Shown here one piece after another: positions 25,479 to 39,075 of a stretch of 64,000 bases of DNA. This stretch comes from Octopus sinensis (lineage: Eukaryota). Where the stretch lies: contig NC_043025.1 of assembly GCF_006345805.1 (NCBI RefSeq), positions 1,674,001 through 1,738,000 of the forward strand, in the 5' to 3' direction. The position numbers were made by a program, and so were the translations under genes. A model generated the notes under the pieces. It saw nothing but the letters and a program-made list of their open reading frames with translations, searched no databases and had not been told where the DNA came from. Each line of letters opens with the position of its first letter. The stretch's first letter is position 1.

Positions 25479-26874
25479 CTGCAAAAGATATAAATAAAAA
25501 GAGAAATGATTGCAACAGCATTAACAGTAACATGAAAGATGTGTACTGCAGGTTTTAATAAATATAACAAATAAACTACATCAACAGAGAAATAATTAAA
25601 AAACATAGTAAAGAAATATGAAGATATAAGAATTTTGACAAAGAAATATAGAGAGACAGACTGCAGCATGTACAATAGACCATTGCACGTGAGTGAAGTG
25701 TAGTCCTGAACATGATGAAGACATGATATGTCTGTTTCTATGAAGCCTTGGCTTACATCTCATATCATTCAGGAAACTACATGTGTGATGGGTCTGCTTG
25801 ATCAAGGTTGAGATGAGGCTACAAAACAACAACATGGAACAGTACTTGGACATTCACACACAGACCTCCGCTCAGAACTTTCTCACAGCAGAATTAACAC
25901 ACACACACACACCAAATTAGTAGCTTTACTGTCCATATCCACCTTAACCGTTTCTACTCTGGTCATTCCTGGGATATACACCAGCAGAGGCAAATTTCAG
26001 AAAGACATATCTGCCATGGTCTGTCTATGTCCACTATGACCACCGACATTGTGTAGAGGTATAAAACAACAGACTGGACATCAGAAGATGTGTCACATTG
26101 AAGGCTCACTGCCATCCTGCAACCCACACAACAGACCACTGCATGGTGGAGTGCCAGTGTATGGTCTTTAACACGGTGAAAGAAAGGAATACATGAAGTG
26201 CTAGGTCTGTGGTTTTCATGCTGGACTGTAATCCTCTTCTCCAATATCATTATCTTCCACGGAAGGGCTGAAGGGGAACTCTATACCAATAACCTACAAC
26301 ACACACATATTTGCATTTAGAGGGAGATTTGTCTCAAATCACATCCGTCCAGTAAAATCTGGGATTAAGACCACCACATCCTCGTCCCGTCTGGAAGTGA
26401 ACTGTGAAACAATGACGTATGTGATTGCTTCAGCTGCTAGACATCACAGCTAAATAAACCTTAAGATGTTAAAACAAACATATTTGATAATATGCTCTGA
26501 AGAACAAATTACAGTTATCACATCTAGAGGGCCTTTCATCTTAAGTCTGCGAGATTAAAGCAGATATCTACTTAAACAACAACAGTGCCCTTTCAGTAAA
26601 CTTAGTCAAAATGTAAAACAAACTAAAACATTGTCTTTTACTCAACTGTTGACCCTTAAACAATAACATATTTTAATTCCTGGGTTCTAAAAGATACTAA
26701 CTCTTTTGTGTCTTCTAATTTATCCATTCCACTGACCATGCTAGACTTGGTTGATATTTTATGAAAGTTCAGTAGTATTGACATCTTTAATAGAATCATT
26801 TTACAGCTAATCTATCAAAAGCCAGAGTGAAAGGAAAGTTTATACAAATTAGTTAAATATTATTCTAAACTCAC

Positions 26875-26946
26875 CAACTGGCTGCCATCCAAATGCTAAT
26901 TTCTTTGACACCCTCGCAAGAAGTTTTCCACTAAGAATTTGAGGAT
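26875..26946 (-). CDS. Module B 72-nt exon: death domain N-terminal helices
   Basis: tatttcag|..|gtgagt, phase 1/1. Encodes (N)PQILSGKLLARVSKKLAFGWQPV(G). Same length and phase as 14081-14152. Confidence 0.8.
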
Positions 26947-27219
26947 CTGAAATAAATATTCCAAGTTTTAGACTTTATAGTTAAATTTCTTTGTTAATAA
27001 TCAATATTTTATTATTGTGAGACATTTCTATCATTTGTAGTATCCACTATGGGTTTGGTCAACATTTTATACTTTCTACTGTGGTACCATGTAATAACTC
27101 ATACATTTTGGTCCACAACAAAACAGACTAACCTCTCTAATTTTCCTGTCTCTATTAACACATCATACATAATCTCACAACGTTGTAATTATTTCACTTA
27201 TTATTTGATAATAGTTTTT

Positions 27220-27332
27220 CTTGTTTGTTGTTAACACAACTTTTCGGCTGATATAGTCTCCAGCCTTCTCCAGGTTTCCTGGAGAAATTTCAAATCTGGT
27301 TCTCATTCCTAAGGTATCTTTTTATTTAAATA
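27220..27332 (-). mobile_element. Minus-strand copy of the hammerhead-bearing repeat with a degenerate ribozyme (27234-27277)
   Basis: Reverse complement of the 29805-29915 sequence. The core reads CUGGAGA, GAAAA breaks stem III, and stem I is mismatched. Confidence 0.75.
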
Positions 27333-27350
27333 TCATTATTATTATTATTA

Positions 27351-27402
<52 letters not shown>

Positions 27403-27405
<3 letters not shown>

Positions 27406-29293
27406 TAGTTTTATTTTTATAGCGTGCTTTCACTTCACTACCGAGCGCAGCTCTGTGTGCCTTGGGTATGTGCTGTGATTTGTTGTGATACTCTGATGGT
27501 TATTGTATGGAACGTGTTCTGCGTAGGATGTGTGCAGTGCCTAGTAGTGCAATTTTCTGTATGTTATATGTGTTTTTAAGTCCTGGTGTTTTTGTTATGT
27601 ATTTGTCTGAATACTTTTTTATCATGCCTAATGCACCTACTATGATAGGAATTGTTTCTGTTTTTAGATTCAACATTCTGGTTACCTCTATTTTCAGGTC
27701 TTTGTATTTTGAAAGTTTCTCCATTTCTTTTAGAGACACGTTGTCATCTGCCGGTATTGATACATCAATTAGAAAGCATTTTTTTCTTCATGATCTCTGA
27801 CAACTATATCTGGTCTGTTGGCCTTAATTTCTCTCTCTCTGTGTATCGGCATATCCCAGAGTATGGTTGCTTTCTCGATTACTCTCACCTTTTCTGGTGT
27901 GGGCCTATACCATCATTTTTCTGTTGTTATTCCATAATGTTGGCATAGCTTCCAGTGTATGTAGGTTCCAACTCTGTCATGTCTGTGAATATATTCCTTC
28001 TTAGCCAGGACTGGGCAGCCAGAGATAATATGATTTATTGTTTCTTGTCCATCTCCACATATTCTGCAGTTACTTGTTATATTTCTTTTCATTACATGTT
28101 TTTGGTAATTTCTGGTGGGGAGGCTTTGGTCTTGTGCTGCAATTAAAATCCTTCTGAACTGCTTTGAGTCCTGAGCTTCTCAACCATTGCTGGGATTTTT
28201 CTTTGTCTATTTCTTTTGCGTTTAGTTTAGTCCAGTATTTACCATGAAGGGGCTTTTCTTGCCATCGTTTTATCATGGTTCGTTGCTGTTCTATTTTTAG
28301 TTTGGATTTCATTTGTTTTATAGCTTTTGTTGTTTCTTCATATTCTTCCCCTTCTTCTTCATATTTATTAGGTGGTATGATTTCTTATTTGCATTTGTCA
28401 GCTTCCTTAAATACTGGGAACAGTTTTTTGTTTTGCTCGTGTTTTGCAGCTATTTCTATCACTTTTCCTTGCTTCTGAAGTAGATATTTTTGCAGTCGTA
28501 TGGTGGTTATTTTATAGTAGTTTTCCAGCTGTATAAGGCCTCTACCACCTTCTATACGTTGTATATATAGTCTTTCTATGTCAGATTCTGGGTGATGCAT
28601 CCTAGATCCTGTCATTATTATCTTGTTTTCCTATCTATTTTGGTCAGTTCATTTAGTGTCCAGTTAAGCATAATGTAGCTGTAACTTATAACTGGGACGG
28701 CTAAAGTGTTAATACCTATTATCTTGTATTTAGTATTGAGCTCTGTTATTAGTATTGATCTAACTCGTCTATAATATTCTTTTTTTATTTTCTCTTTTAT
28801 TTGTGTGTGTTGTGTCTTATCTAGTTCATGGATTCCTAAGTATTTGTAAGTTTGGCTTTGGTCTAATTCTTTTATTTCATTGGTTTTATCTAGTGTGATG
28901 TTGCTACTCTTAACTAGCTTTCCTCTTTTCAGGGTTACTTTGGCGCATTTTTCTAATCCAAATTTCATATCTATTTCTTTGGTAAACCCATGAACTGTCT
29001 TTAATAGTGTTTCCAGCTGTTTGTCATTTGCAGCGTATAGTTTTAGGTCATCCATATATAAAAGGTGGCTGATCGTTTTGCCGTAACATTTATATCCGCA
29101 TCCAGTTCTATTTAGCATATCAGATAGAGGTGACAGTGCCAAGCAGAAAAGGAGTGGAGAGAGCGTGTCTCCCAGGAATATTCCTCTTCTAATGGGGATG
29201 GCTTTGGTTTTCATGAGTCCCTCTTTTGTTTGGAGCTGTAGCACTGTTTGCCATTTATTGATAGAATGCCCTATGAATTTTATAATTGTTGGT
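27403..29293 (-). mobile_element. 5'-truncated R4/Dong-like LINE (RT + CCHC knuckle + restriction-like endonuclease) inserted in (AAT)n
   Basis: RT motifs RGIFLGDTLSPLLFCL and HLLYMDDLKLY; CRICG..ETINHIISGC; NRPDI..LIDVSIPAD..EKLSKYKDL; IQKIALLGTAHILRR. (ATT)n lies on both flanks (27334-27402, 29293-29431). It is frameshifted. Confidence 0.85.
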
Positions 29294-29307
29294 TATTATT
29301 ATTATTA

Positions 29308-29362
<55 letters not shown>

Positions 29363-29381
29363 ACTATTATTATTATTATTA

Positions 29382-29434
<53 letters not shown>

Positions 29435-29436
29435 AT

Positions 29437-29550
29437 GCCCACGGGCATATGGCATAGTGGTGGTTAAGAGCAAGGGCTACTAACCCCAAGACTCCAAGTT
29501 CAGTTTCAGGCAGTGACCTAAATATTAATAATAATAGTAATAATAATAGT

Positions 29551-29592
<42 letters not shown>

Positions 29593-29629
29593 TATAATAA
29601 TAATAAAAATTAAATTATAATAAAAATTA

Positions 29630-29675
<46 letters not shown>

Positions 29676-29707
29676 TAATAATAATATAATAATATAATAA
29701 TAATAAT

Positions 29708-29775
<68 letters not shown>

Positions 29776-29960
29776 TGATGATGATGATGATGATAATAAT
29801 AGTAACATCGAAAAATACTTTAGGAATGAGAACCTAGGGTTTGAAATTTTCCTAAGACACCTGATGAAGGCTGGAGGGTATATCAGCCGAAACGTTGTGT
29901 TAACAACAAAGAAGATGTAAATAATGTATATAATTCCTCATCTCTCAAATATAGAACTGT
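29437..29960 (+). mobile_element. SINE-like element: tRNA-like head, (AAT)n body, hammerhead-containing tail
   Basis: A-box-like tggcatagtgg, degenerate B-box gttcagtttc, (AAT)n at about 29520-29800, then the hammerhead at 29857-29900. Confidence 0.65.
29857..29900 (+). ncRNA. Minimal type I hammerhead ribozyme with intact core
   Basis: Stem I acac/gtgt, CUGAUGA, a, stem II ggctg/cagcc, GAAA, palindromic stem III acgt, GUU cleavage triplet (after 29896). Confidence 0.8.
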
Positions 29961-30129
29961 ACATGAGAATTATTGTCAAGTATTTAAAAGGATATGATTT
30001 TTAAGTTATTAGAGAAAGAAATTAATTATAGATGGTTAGCTTCACCACAAGACAATCAAAATAGCATCAAAGGGCAATAGTGGAGCAAAGAATGATAGAA
30101 ACACATGAGAATTATAACAAATATTTACC

Positions 30130-33100
30130 AGGGTACTGTCAATTTGGATAGGTGCTCCCTCAAATGGGTCAACATTTGGCAGACTCTCCTCCTCACCATT
30201 CATTCTCCACATTCAGCAGTATTTCATAATGGCATCTCCAAGCCTCTTTCTTTGCAGACTCATTAAATGCAGACACATTTCTCTCCTAAGACATCACAAT
30301 TTTCTTTCACACACTGTTTTGCAATCCAAAACTCTTTAGTTCTTTGATCCTTATGATGCTGAACATTGGCAAACTTCTTCTTTTCTGCATCTCCCTTGGC
30401 TCTATATACCTGAATCCTAGCTTCACCGTTTGGCTATCTGATACAGTTCTCTGCTGCCCCACACTTCCTGGCCTTTGAAGCCTGTTTCTTTGCTCTAACG
30501 GCCATGTTTACAGTATTGCTCCACCACCACGTTACCCTAAGTCTGGATGGCACTTTGCATCAGCCACAGATTTGGTCTGTTGCGCTCAGCAAGCTGTCTC
30601 GCAGGAATTCCCGGTTGCCCTCTGTGTCACAAGTTTGTAACTTCACCTTCTCATCAAATTTCTCAAATAGGATGTTCCTAAATCTCTGACCATATGAAGG
30701 GTCGTTAAGCTTCCAAATCCTTCTTTTCCAGATTGGACTGCTTCTTGGCATCCAATCTAAAATGCGCTAATGACTAGTCTATGCTGGGCCGGGGGGAGTG
30801 CATTCTTCACCTGGGAGAGTCATTGTATTTAAGAGCAAACGGGAATTCCTGCCTGACAGCTTGCTGAGTGCAACAGACCAAATCTGTGGCTGATGCAAAG
30901 TGCCATCCAGACTTAGGGTAACGTGGTGGTGGAGCAATACTGTAAACATGGCCGTTAGAGCAAAGAAACAGGCTTCAAAGGCCAGGAAGTGTGGGGCAGC
31001 AGAGAACTGTATCAGATAGCCAAACGGTGAAGCTAGGATTCGGGTATATAGAGAGTCATCTGATTGATAAATTATCCGTTAGCTGGCTGGCTTCCCGAAG
31101 TTGGTGTTCCAGATCAAAAGGTTATTTGCATCACAGAACTCCAGTAGCCTTGTTCCCTCTTTGTTTCGGGAACCAATTCCATGGCCCCCGTGAACACTAT
31201 GGAAGATACCAGATTGCTATCCACATGCCAATTGAAATCCTCAGCCACGAAGATGAGATCAATGTCACTCGTCTTTGAGGTAGTCTACAGAAGAATATCA
31301 TAAATGTGATCCTTCTATTCATTTGGTAGGACTGCTTGTGGGGCCTAGGCAGAGATAATTGTAGCTATCCCATTCTGAAAGACTAGCCTGAGCTTAAGTA
31401 CTCTTTCGCACACCCTGACTGCCTCTATGAACTTATCTACCCATTTCTCTACAGGAGGTATGCCCACAACCCCTATTCCATCACTGTTACCTTCCCAGAG
31501 GAGTTTATATCTATGTGTGTTGCCTTTGAAGACCCTGACTGAAACTTCTATTGTTCTTTGCTTCACTATTACACTTTGCTGCTTTTTTTGATTTTCTTGT
31601 GGTGAAGCTAGCCATTTCTTCCATTTCTTGTTCGTGATGTGTCCAAGTCTGCAAAGAAAGCGGCTTGGAGATGCCATTATGAAGGACTGCTGAACGTGGA
31701 GAATGAATGGAAGGAGGAGAGTCTGTCAAATATTGACTCAGTTGAGGGACCATCAATCCCAAATCAACAGTACACTGGTAGATAAAGCAACTAAAGTTAT
31801 GAAGACAGGGAAAGCTGCTCCCCCACCAGGTATCGTTGCTGAGATGCTTAAAACATCTGACAGTGTGGGTTATAGCGTAGTCTCTTGTATTGTAATACAA
31901 ATGGTTCATGAAGGAATCATACCCAATGACTGGTGTAGCAACACCATAGTCAACTGCTACAAAGGTAAAGGTGAGGTTTTAGGTAGAAATAACCACAAGG
32001 GTATCACATTGTTGGATAAGGGGTTGAAAGTTACAGAGAGAGTCATAGCCCAACTAATTAGGAAGAAAGTTAGTCTAGATAAGATGCAGTTTGGCTTTGT
32101 GCCATGGAGAAGCGCCACTGATGCTATATTTCTGGTAAGACAACTGCAGGAGAAATATTTAGCCAAAGATAAACCTCTGTGCTTGGGTTTTGTTGATTTT
32201 AAGAAAGCCATCGACACCGTCCCTTGATTCCTCATCTAGTGGTCAACAAGGAAACAAGAGATAGATGAGTGGTTGGTGAGAGCCGCACACACCTTGTACA
32301 CGGATACTACCAGTAAGATGAGGGTGGACAACGGGTACAGTGAAGAATTGAGGGCACAGGTAGGGGTTAACCAAAGATCAGTACTTAGCCCCCTCTTGTT
32401 CATCATAGTCCCCAGGCAATAACAGAGGAATTCAAGACAGGCTGCCTCTGGGAGCTTCTCTATGATGAAGACCTTGCTCTTAAAGATGAATCACTACCTG
32501 AATTAGAGAAGTTCCTGGTATAGAATCAAAGGACCTTAGAGTTAAGCTAGAAAACAACCAACGTCATAGTAAGTAGGAGAGCAGAAAAATCACAAATCCC
32601 TTCAAGTAGATGGCCCTATTCAATCTGTAGAAAAGGTGCAGGTAGAAACCTCATAAGATGAACCCAGGGTAAGCTTTGAACACATAGAAAGTGCAGCAAC
32701 ATCAGAGGAAGGTAGATTAAAAGAAGGTGCACAGGTACAATAAACACTGAAAATGCACAGAATATTGACTCCATCAACTGCTAGGGGAACAAGCTAGAGG
32801 TTGTAGATAGCTTCCATTATCTAGACAACCAAGTTAGTAGTGGAGGTGGATGCTAAATGAGTGTAGCTGTGAGAATAAGATTAGGCTGGGCAAAGTTCAG
32901 AGAGCTCTTACCCCTGCTGGAAATAAAGGGCTTCTCTCTCAGAGTGAAAGGCAGATTATTTAATGCCTGTGTATGAACAGCCATGCTGCATGGCAGTGAA
33001 ATATGGTCTGTGACAGCCGGGGACATGCATATGCTTGAGAGAAAGGAAGCCAGTATGCTTCACTGGATGTGCAATGTCAGTGTGCATACAAGACAGAGTG

Positions 33101-33260
33101 TAAACATCTTGAGAGAAAAGTTAGTCATAAGAGGAATCAGATGTGGTGTGGAGGAGAGACGACTGTGCTAGTATGGTCATGTCATACATATGGACGAGGA
33201 CAGCTGTGTAAAGAATGCCCATCTCTAACTGTGGAGAGAACTGTGGAGACATAGGACAAA
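30130..33260. mobile_element. Internally rearranged RTE-clade LINE (endonuclease part on minus, RT part on plus)
   Basis: Minus 31345..31677 has the APE-type endonuclease motif YKLLWEG..ERVLKLRL..TIISA. Plus 31703..32227 has KAA..GIVAEMLK..YKGKG..MQFGFVP..TDAIFLVRQLQEKY..FVDFKKAIDTVP. About 30430-30640 is inverted at about 30860-31050. Confidence 0.85.
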
Positions 33261-35143
33261 GTGGTGAAGCATGATTTTTGAACTTTGAGCCTCAAAGTGT
33301 TGGGCCTCACGGAGGCACAGTGGCTGAGCTCCTTTCGAGTATTTGGGCTCACAGAGGCAAAGTGGCTGAGGTCTTTTCAAGCACTGGAGCTCACAGTGGC
33401 AAAGTGGCTGAGTTCGAGTGTTGGACTTTTCAGAGGCAATGAATAAAACCTCTGGCATTATGTTATGCTTGAGAAGACCCATCAAGCCAAGCAAAATTGC
33501 AGTCGTGGCAGATACCACTGTCAGTCAAATTGGCACCCATGCCATGGTACGTAAATGCACCCCAGTGTCATGCAACTGGCACCCGTGCTGGTGACACGTA
33601 AAAGCACACGTTACACTGTTGGAGTGGTTGGCATTTGGAAGGGCATGCAACTGTAGAAAACCATGCCAAATGAAACTGGAGTCTGGTGCAGTCTGCATGC
33701 CAGCCCAATCAAACCAGCCAACCCATGCCAGCACGGACAACAGCAGTTAAGTGATGATGATAATGATGATAATATATTCTACCCTGAGATAATCTGGGTA
33801 TACACCCTAACAAGAGATGATATATCAAACAACAGACTACTATAACTGATTGATATTTTCATAAGATGATAAATTATGAAGAAATTCTGGAGGATAATTT
33901 TGTAAAAATATGTTGTAATTATTTATGTCACATTCTACCAACTTTCACTGCCACACAAAACAACTGATTTAACAATCAGACTCTGTTGAAGTTTTGTCAT
34001 TGAATCTCGTACTTTACCAAAGCCAAAACTGATGTTCTACTAAGTTCCATTGTTTTTAATTATCAGCTTTCCAAGTTGTTAATAAATCATTAACCGCCTC
34101 TAATTGGCTCATAATTCCACGTGGCTCAGCCTGTATCATTTACTGTTGTCATCTGCCACCTTTCATTCTTATCCTTTTTGTTATCCTTGTTTCCTTGTAA
34201 CTTTCAGTCCCTGCATCGTGGCTGTCCTTCTGTCATCACTTCTTCCGTTCAAAATATGTCACCTCCTGAAAACAAACCTGAGTGGTTCTAGTGCTATGAT
34301 CAAATGTCCCCAGTACATATCAGGTGGTGAATGAGAGGAGACACCATAATTTAGAGAGGAACGTTTAATATTGTTGAGAACAGGACAATCTTTCCAGAGT
34401 TTGTGCCACAATAAAGTGTGCCCTGGACCCTTTATGGACTGGTTAGTGTTAGGGTGGGCAGAAATTGAATAACAGCTGATTTAGACCATGATGTTTCATA
34501 CAATATAGGGCTGGGCATGGAAAGCAGATAATAAATAATGAGGCTGATATCTATTGTAATGTATTTTGTAGCCAGAATCAATCATAGAGAGAGGTAGATA
34601 GATAGATAGATAGACAAATAGAGAGAGAGAGAGAGAGTGAGAGATACACTGGGTGTCTCAGCAGCAAACCAGCACCTTCTACTTGGATAAAGACAATGTT
34701 TTGTGGATGTAATGACGGATTTCTATCAATGACAAAATGACAGGTTGGTCACATTCGGGTTGCTTCATCGTAAGTCTGCCAGATTAAAAGAAGCATCTGG
34801 TTAAACAATAACGTATCAGTAAATTTAGAAAAAGTGTAAAACAAATGAAAATATTTTCATTAAATCACTTGTTTGCCCCTAAACAATAACGTATTTTACT
34901 TCTGTGTTCCAACAGACAATATCAGATCTATTGTATCTTCCAATTCATCCATATTACCAACAATGTTAAACCTCAGTGGTTATTTTAGGAAATTTCAGTA
35001 AATTCTATGCTTCAACCGAATTACTTTAGAGCTAATCTTTCCAAGGAAAATTAGGAATGAAACCTGCCCTCAATCAATCTGACAAATAAAAATACTCATG
35101 TAAAGGTAAGATTTACAGAAATCAATTAGGTACTGTTACTTAC

Positions 35144-35212
35144 TGACTTGCTGTGATAAAATCTGTGAACTACGTGATACCTTCGGGGCCTTCTCCATAA
35201 ATTCTGAAGCCT
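35144..35212 (-). CDS. Module B 69-nt symmetric exon (linker between RING and death domain)
   Basis: tctttcag|..|gtaagt, phase 1/1, open frame (E)ASEFMEKAPKVSRSSQILSQQV. The flanking intron sequence is homologous to that around the 72-nt exons. Confidence 0.62.
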
Positions 35213-36719
35213 CTGAAAGAAATATTTCCAAATTTTGCCTTTTATAGTATACTTTCTTTATCTTTATTGATACTCTATATTTTATTATTGTGAGACATTT
35301 CTATCATCAATGATCAACTGCTGACCACTATAGTTTTGGTCACCATTTTTATATTTTCTTATGTGGTACCATGTAATATATCTCAATGTTTATGTTCATA
35401 ACCAAATAGATTAATCTTCCTAAGTCTCCTGTCTCTATTAAAGCATCTTGCATAATCTAACACTTCCGTAATCATCTCATTTAATTATCACTAAATCAAA
35501 CCGTTTTTCTCTTACTTTAGGCTTTTCCTTTTGTCATATCCATCAAATGACATTGTGCTCTCATCCCTAGACTTCACTTACCAACATTCCTCGCATCTGC
35601 TTAATTCCAGTATCGAACACGTTGGTCAGCTAAGATCTAGCCACAAACACATGGCACTCTACTTTAAGTAGAAATAGAATACACTTGTTCCGTTTGCTAA
35701 AGGTTGCTGCTGGTAATCTTTAATTTCATTTGTCCACTTCACAGCTTACCAGAATGCCATGAACTAGCTTTTCTTCAGGTGAGCAATGATTAGCTCTATG
35801 CAGCCTGAACAGACAAGTGGTAAGAGGTATTTTAAAACATTGTACACTTTCACAAAGCCTCATGAATTACATATAACTGTTTATACATACATTATTGCAG
35901 TGAAAATATCTGAAATGGTATGAAAGAACTGATTCTGAAGAATGTAGGATATCTCTATCAAAACTCAACTATACATCAAAGCTTCTCTTGCCTTTGATGG
36001 CCCCATTATTCATGGGGTGAGCTTTAATGGGGTGTGAACCTAGTTAACGAATTTGAGGACACAAAATTTAATATTTTAATTTTGTTGTTTACCACTACAA
36101 TATGCATTCCTGTCTGAGACATCCTCACATCAAATCTCAGACTACTGTGTCTAATTGAGATCTTCATAAGATGATGAATCATGAAGAATTTCTGGAGGAC
36201 AACAAAATATATGATTATTCATATCATATTTCATCGATTACCAACATTCACAGCCACGAAAATCAAACAGTCAGACTCTCTAATGTTGGTCCTTAAACTC
36301 TCAGTTGAGATTTTGTCAGTGAATCTCCTACTTTACAAAAGATAACACTGATGTTCTTGTACCATTGTCTTTAATCATCAGCGTCCCATGATACTAATAA
36401 ATCATCAATCACCTCTAAACACTCTTAACTGACTGAATGTGTCTACTGATAGAACCTAGGAGACATACTGATATTTCAATTAGTCACCATTTATCTTACT
36501 TTATCATTCATTAGTCTGATGTTGCAAACTGCATCCTCTTGAAATGTAACAAGTCTTCTACTTGCATAAAGACAAAGTTTCACAGAGAAAGATGACTAGA
36601 ACATCTTTTCTTGTAAGTCTGCCAGATAATGATAAACCTGGATCTACACATCATGGAGTAATTTATTCCATATCATGAAATCAATGAGGCAAACACAAAT
36701 CACCAAAGAGTATTCTTAC

Positions 36720-36859
36720 CGAATCCACTTTCGTTAATCGTAACTTGACACTGGGGACACTGTTTAGATGGACTTTTGCGACAGCAATCATTACATATTA
36801 CAACATGTCCACAAGGGTGAACTCTCTCTGTGTCTTTATCACCTTTGCAAAAATGACAT
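36720..36859 (-). CDS. Module B RING finger exon (C3HC4)
   Basis: ccacag|a..g|gtaaga, phase 2/1. Encodes CHFC..HPCGHVVICNDCC..QCPQCQVTINESGF. Confidence 0.88.
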
Positions 36860-37698
36860 CTGTGGAATAAAATGCGAACACATCTCATCAATAACATTCG
36901 CTTAAAACACGTATTACATTGTGAGCATGTTTAGAGTATAGAACATAATGAGGTACTAGAGTACGTCACAAGTCCTTCTTGAAGGAATTACATATGCATT
37001 CCACTTACACAAACACACATGCATGTAAACACATATTGATAAATACATGTCTTCGAACTGATACGTTACAAAAATTGCGGATATCTGACGTAACATATAT
37101 AAAAACAAAAAATCTTTACAAAATTGCACAAATACCCTGCATCCAAACCCGCCCCTAGTTAAAACTGAATCCAGGTTTATAGAGAAGGCCATGTTATCTG
37201 CCATGCATGATGTAATAATGTTTTTGGTGCATCTCAAGAAATCATTGATTTATAAACATTTTCTCTACAACTTGTCCACATCAAATGTGTTCCTCCAAAA
37301 ACATGTTCTCTGCTTCATTAGATTGGATCAAAACCAAAATTAGTTAGATTAACCTTTTACTGAGGCATGTGCATACTGTCTAGCTTCTAATGAGGCAGAG
37401 TGTGACGAATATTTTGTTGAATCTATTTGCACGGGGGAAGTGCTTATTTACTAAGCTAAGAAACATCTTACTCGGGTTTTAACACTTAAAGAGAAATTGC
37501 AGAGTGTGGTATAGCAATCAACACAAACAATCAATCATGTGAATGTAATCAAAATAGAGTTCTTTGATTGTATTTTCTATTTCCTGACCTTCTTGCAATT
37601 GTTGTGTGGTCTTTGGTCAAAACACAGAATACCGTTTTGGGAAAATTAAAACCAAGCAAAATATATGAACATCATTATGTACAGAATAGAAAACTCAC

Positions 37699-37910
37699 TG
37701 GTCAATCGCGACATTTTCAGTAAATACTGTCACCGGAAGTGGGAAAAGTGTTTTAATTTTTTCCTTTAAATTTGTATCCTTGATAAGATCCAGCGGCATC
37801 ACATTCCGTTCGTTTCTGTGGTAAAAGTTGGCTCCATTGTCGGCCAGATAACAAGCCACTGCTAGACCTGAAGGCTTGCCTCCTTTGCTAAGCTGGAGCT
37901 TCTTGTAGTA
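37699..37910 (-). CDS. Module B 212-nt exon
   Basis: Paralog of 18624-18835 with the same splice sites. Encodes ..GLAVACYLADNGANFYHRNERNVMPLDLIKDTNLKEKIKTLFPLPVTVFTENVAID(Q). Confidence 0.85.
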
Positions 37911-38419
37911 CTACAAATGGTGAAATATATGAAGGACAAGTGCATTATTACACAAATATAAACAAAATCATAACATCAAGTCAAATACAAGAAATATAAT
38001 GGAAACTATGAATGTTAAAAATAACAGAGAACACACAGACTTATCCAAATATATCAACAATGTTTCCATAATTAATAAAGAAACATCTTTGGATGATGAA
38101 GGTGAAGTAAAAAAGTAAGAATTGGTGTCACGGTTGAGGAAACACACCAACATATTCTAGTTGATAAACTGTTGAAACTTTTAGTCTGACAGAAAATTCC
38201 AGTAATGGAGAGAGAAGGGCATTTGACTGCCAGAATAGCTTCTTTGTATCAAAGTGGACATTACCACAACACAAAGATGACCATCAAATGTCTGAAATAC
38301 AGTCACAAATCTGTAGAGACCGTTACTCATGTGGGAATCAGTGAGTTGCTCCAAGTGCGTAAAATTTGACAGTAAATACTGTTAAATCTGCTGATGGTTA
38401 GATGTTGAGGTATTTGTAT

Positions 38420-38484
<65 letters not shown>

Positions 38485-38810
38485 TGTACGCAAAGCATTC
38501 AAACACTGAGATTTGAAATCAGATGTCACAACAGTTCATATCATCTGTGGATAAATTTTAAAATTGATAATATCACCACCAGTGACATAGGTGGATCGCA
38601 GACGCAATAGTATTAAATAGCTATGAATTAATAATTTGCACGAAGCGTTTGGATGCTTAAGAAGCATCCACCTGCTAGAAATAAGAGCTATAGTTTTCAA
38701 TTTATACACCGTACCGCAACAAGATAACAGAGGAAAAGAGTATGCAAGGAAAACAGAAAGGATTAAAACATTTAACAGCACAAATAAAGATATTATGCAA
38801 TTAGGGATAT

Positions 38811-38865
38811 CCACAAACCAGGTTTGGGCTTTTGAGTATTTAAACCCTGAGCCTCATCAGTGTGG
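38811..38865 (-). ncRNA. Inactivated minimal type I hammerhead (G12 to C) in a PLE pLTR-like remnant
   Basis: Reverse complement reads ccaca CTGATGA ggct..agcc CAAA c-ctg-g TT tgtgg. All three stems are intact, but GAAA is changed to CAAA at position 38826. Confidence 0.72.
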
Positions 38866-38890
38866 CCTACCGAATCATAATATATATATA

Positions 38891-38942
<52 letters not shown>

Positions 38943-39075
38943 TATAGTTTAACAATTAAGGATAATCTCTTAATAAGGGATCTTAACAAGAAATTATCGG
39001 GTAGCTAGCGTGAAAACCTCATAAAAGAAAAGAATTCGAAAATAATTTTTTTCTTTTGAACAAATTAATTATATC

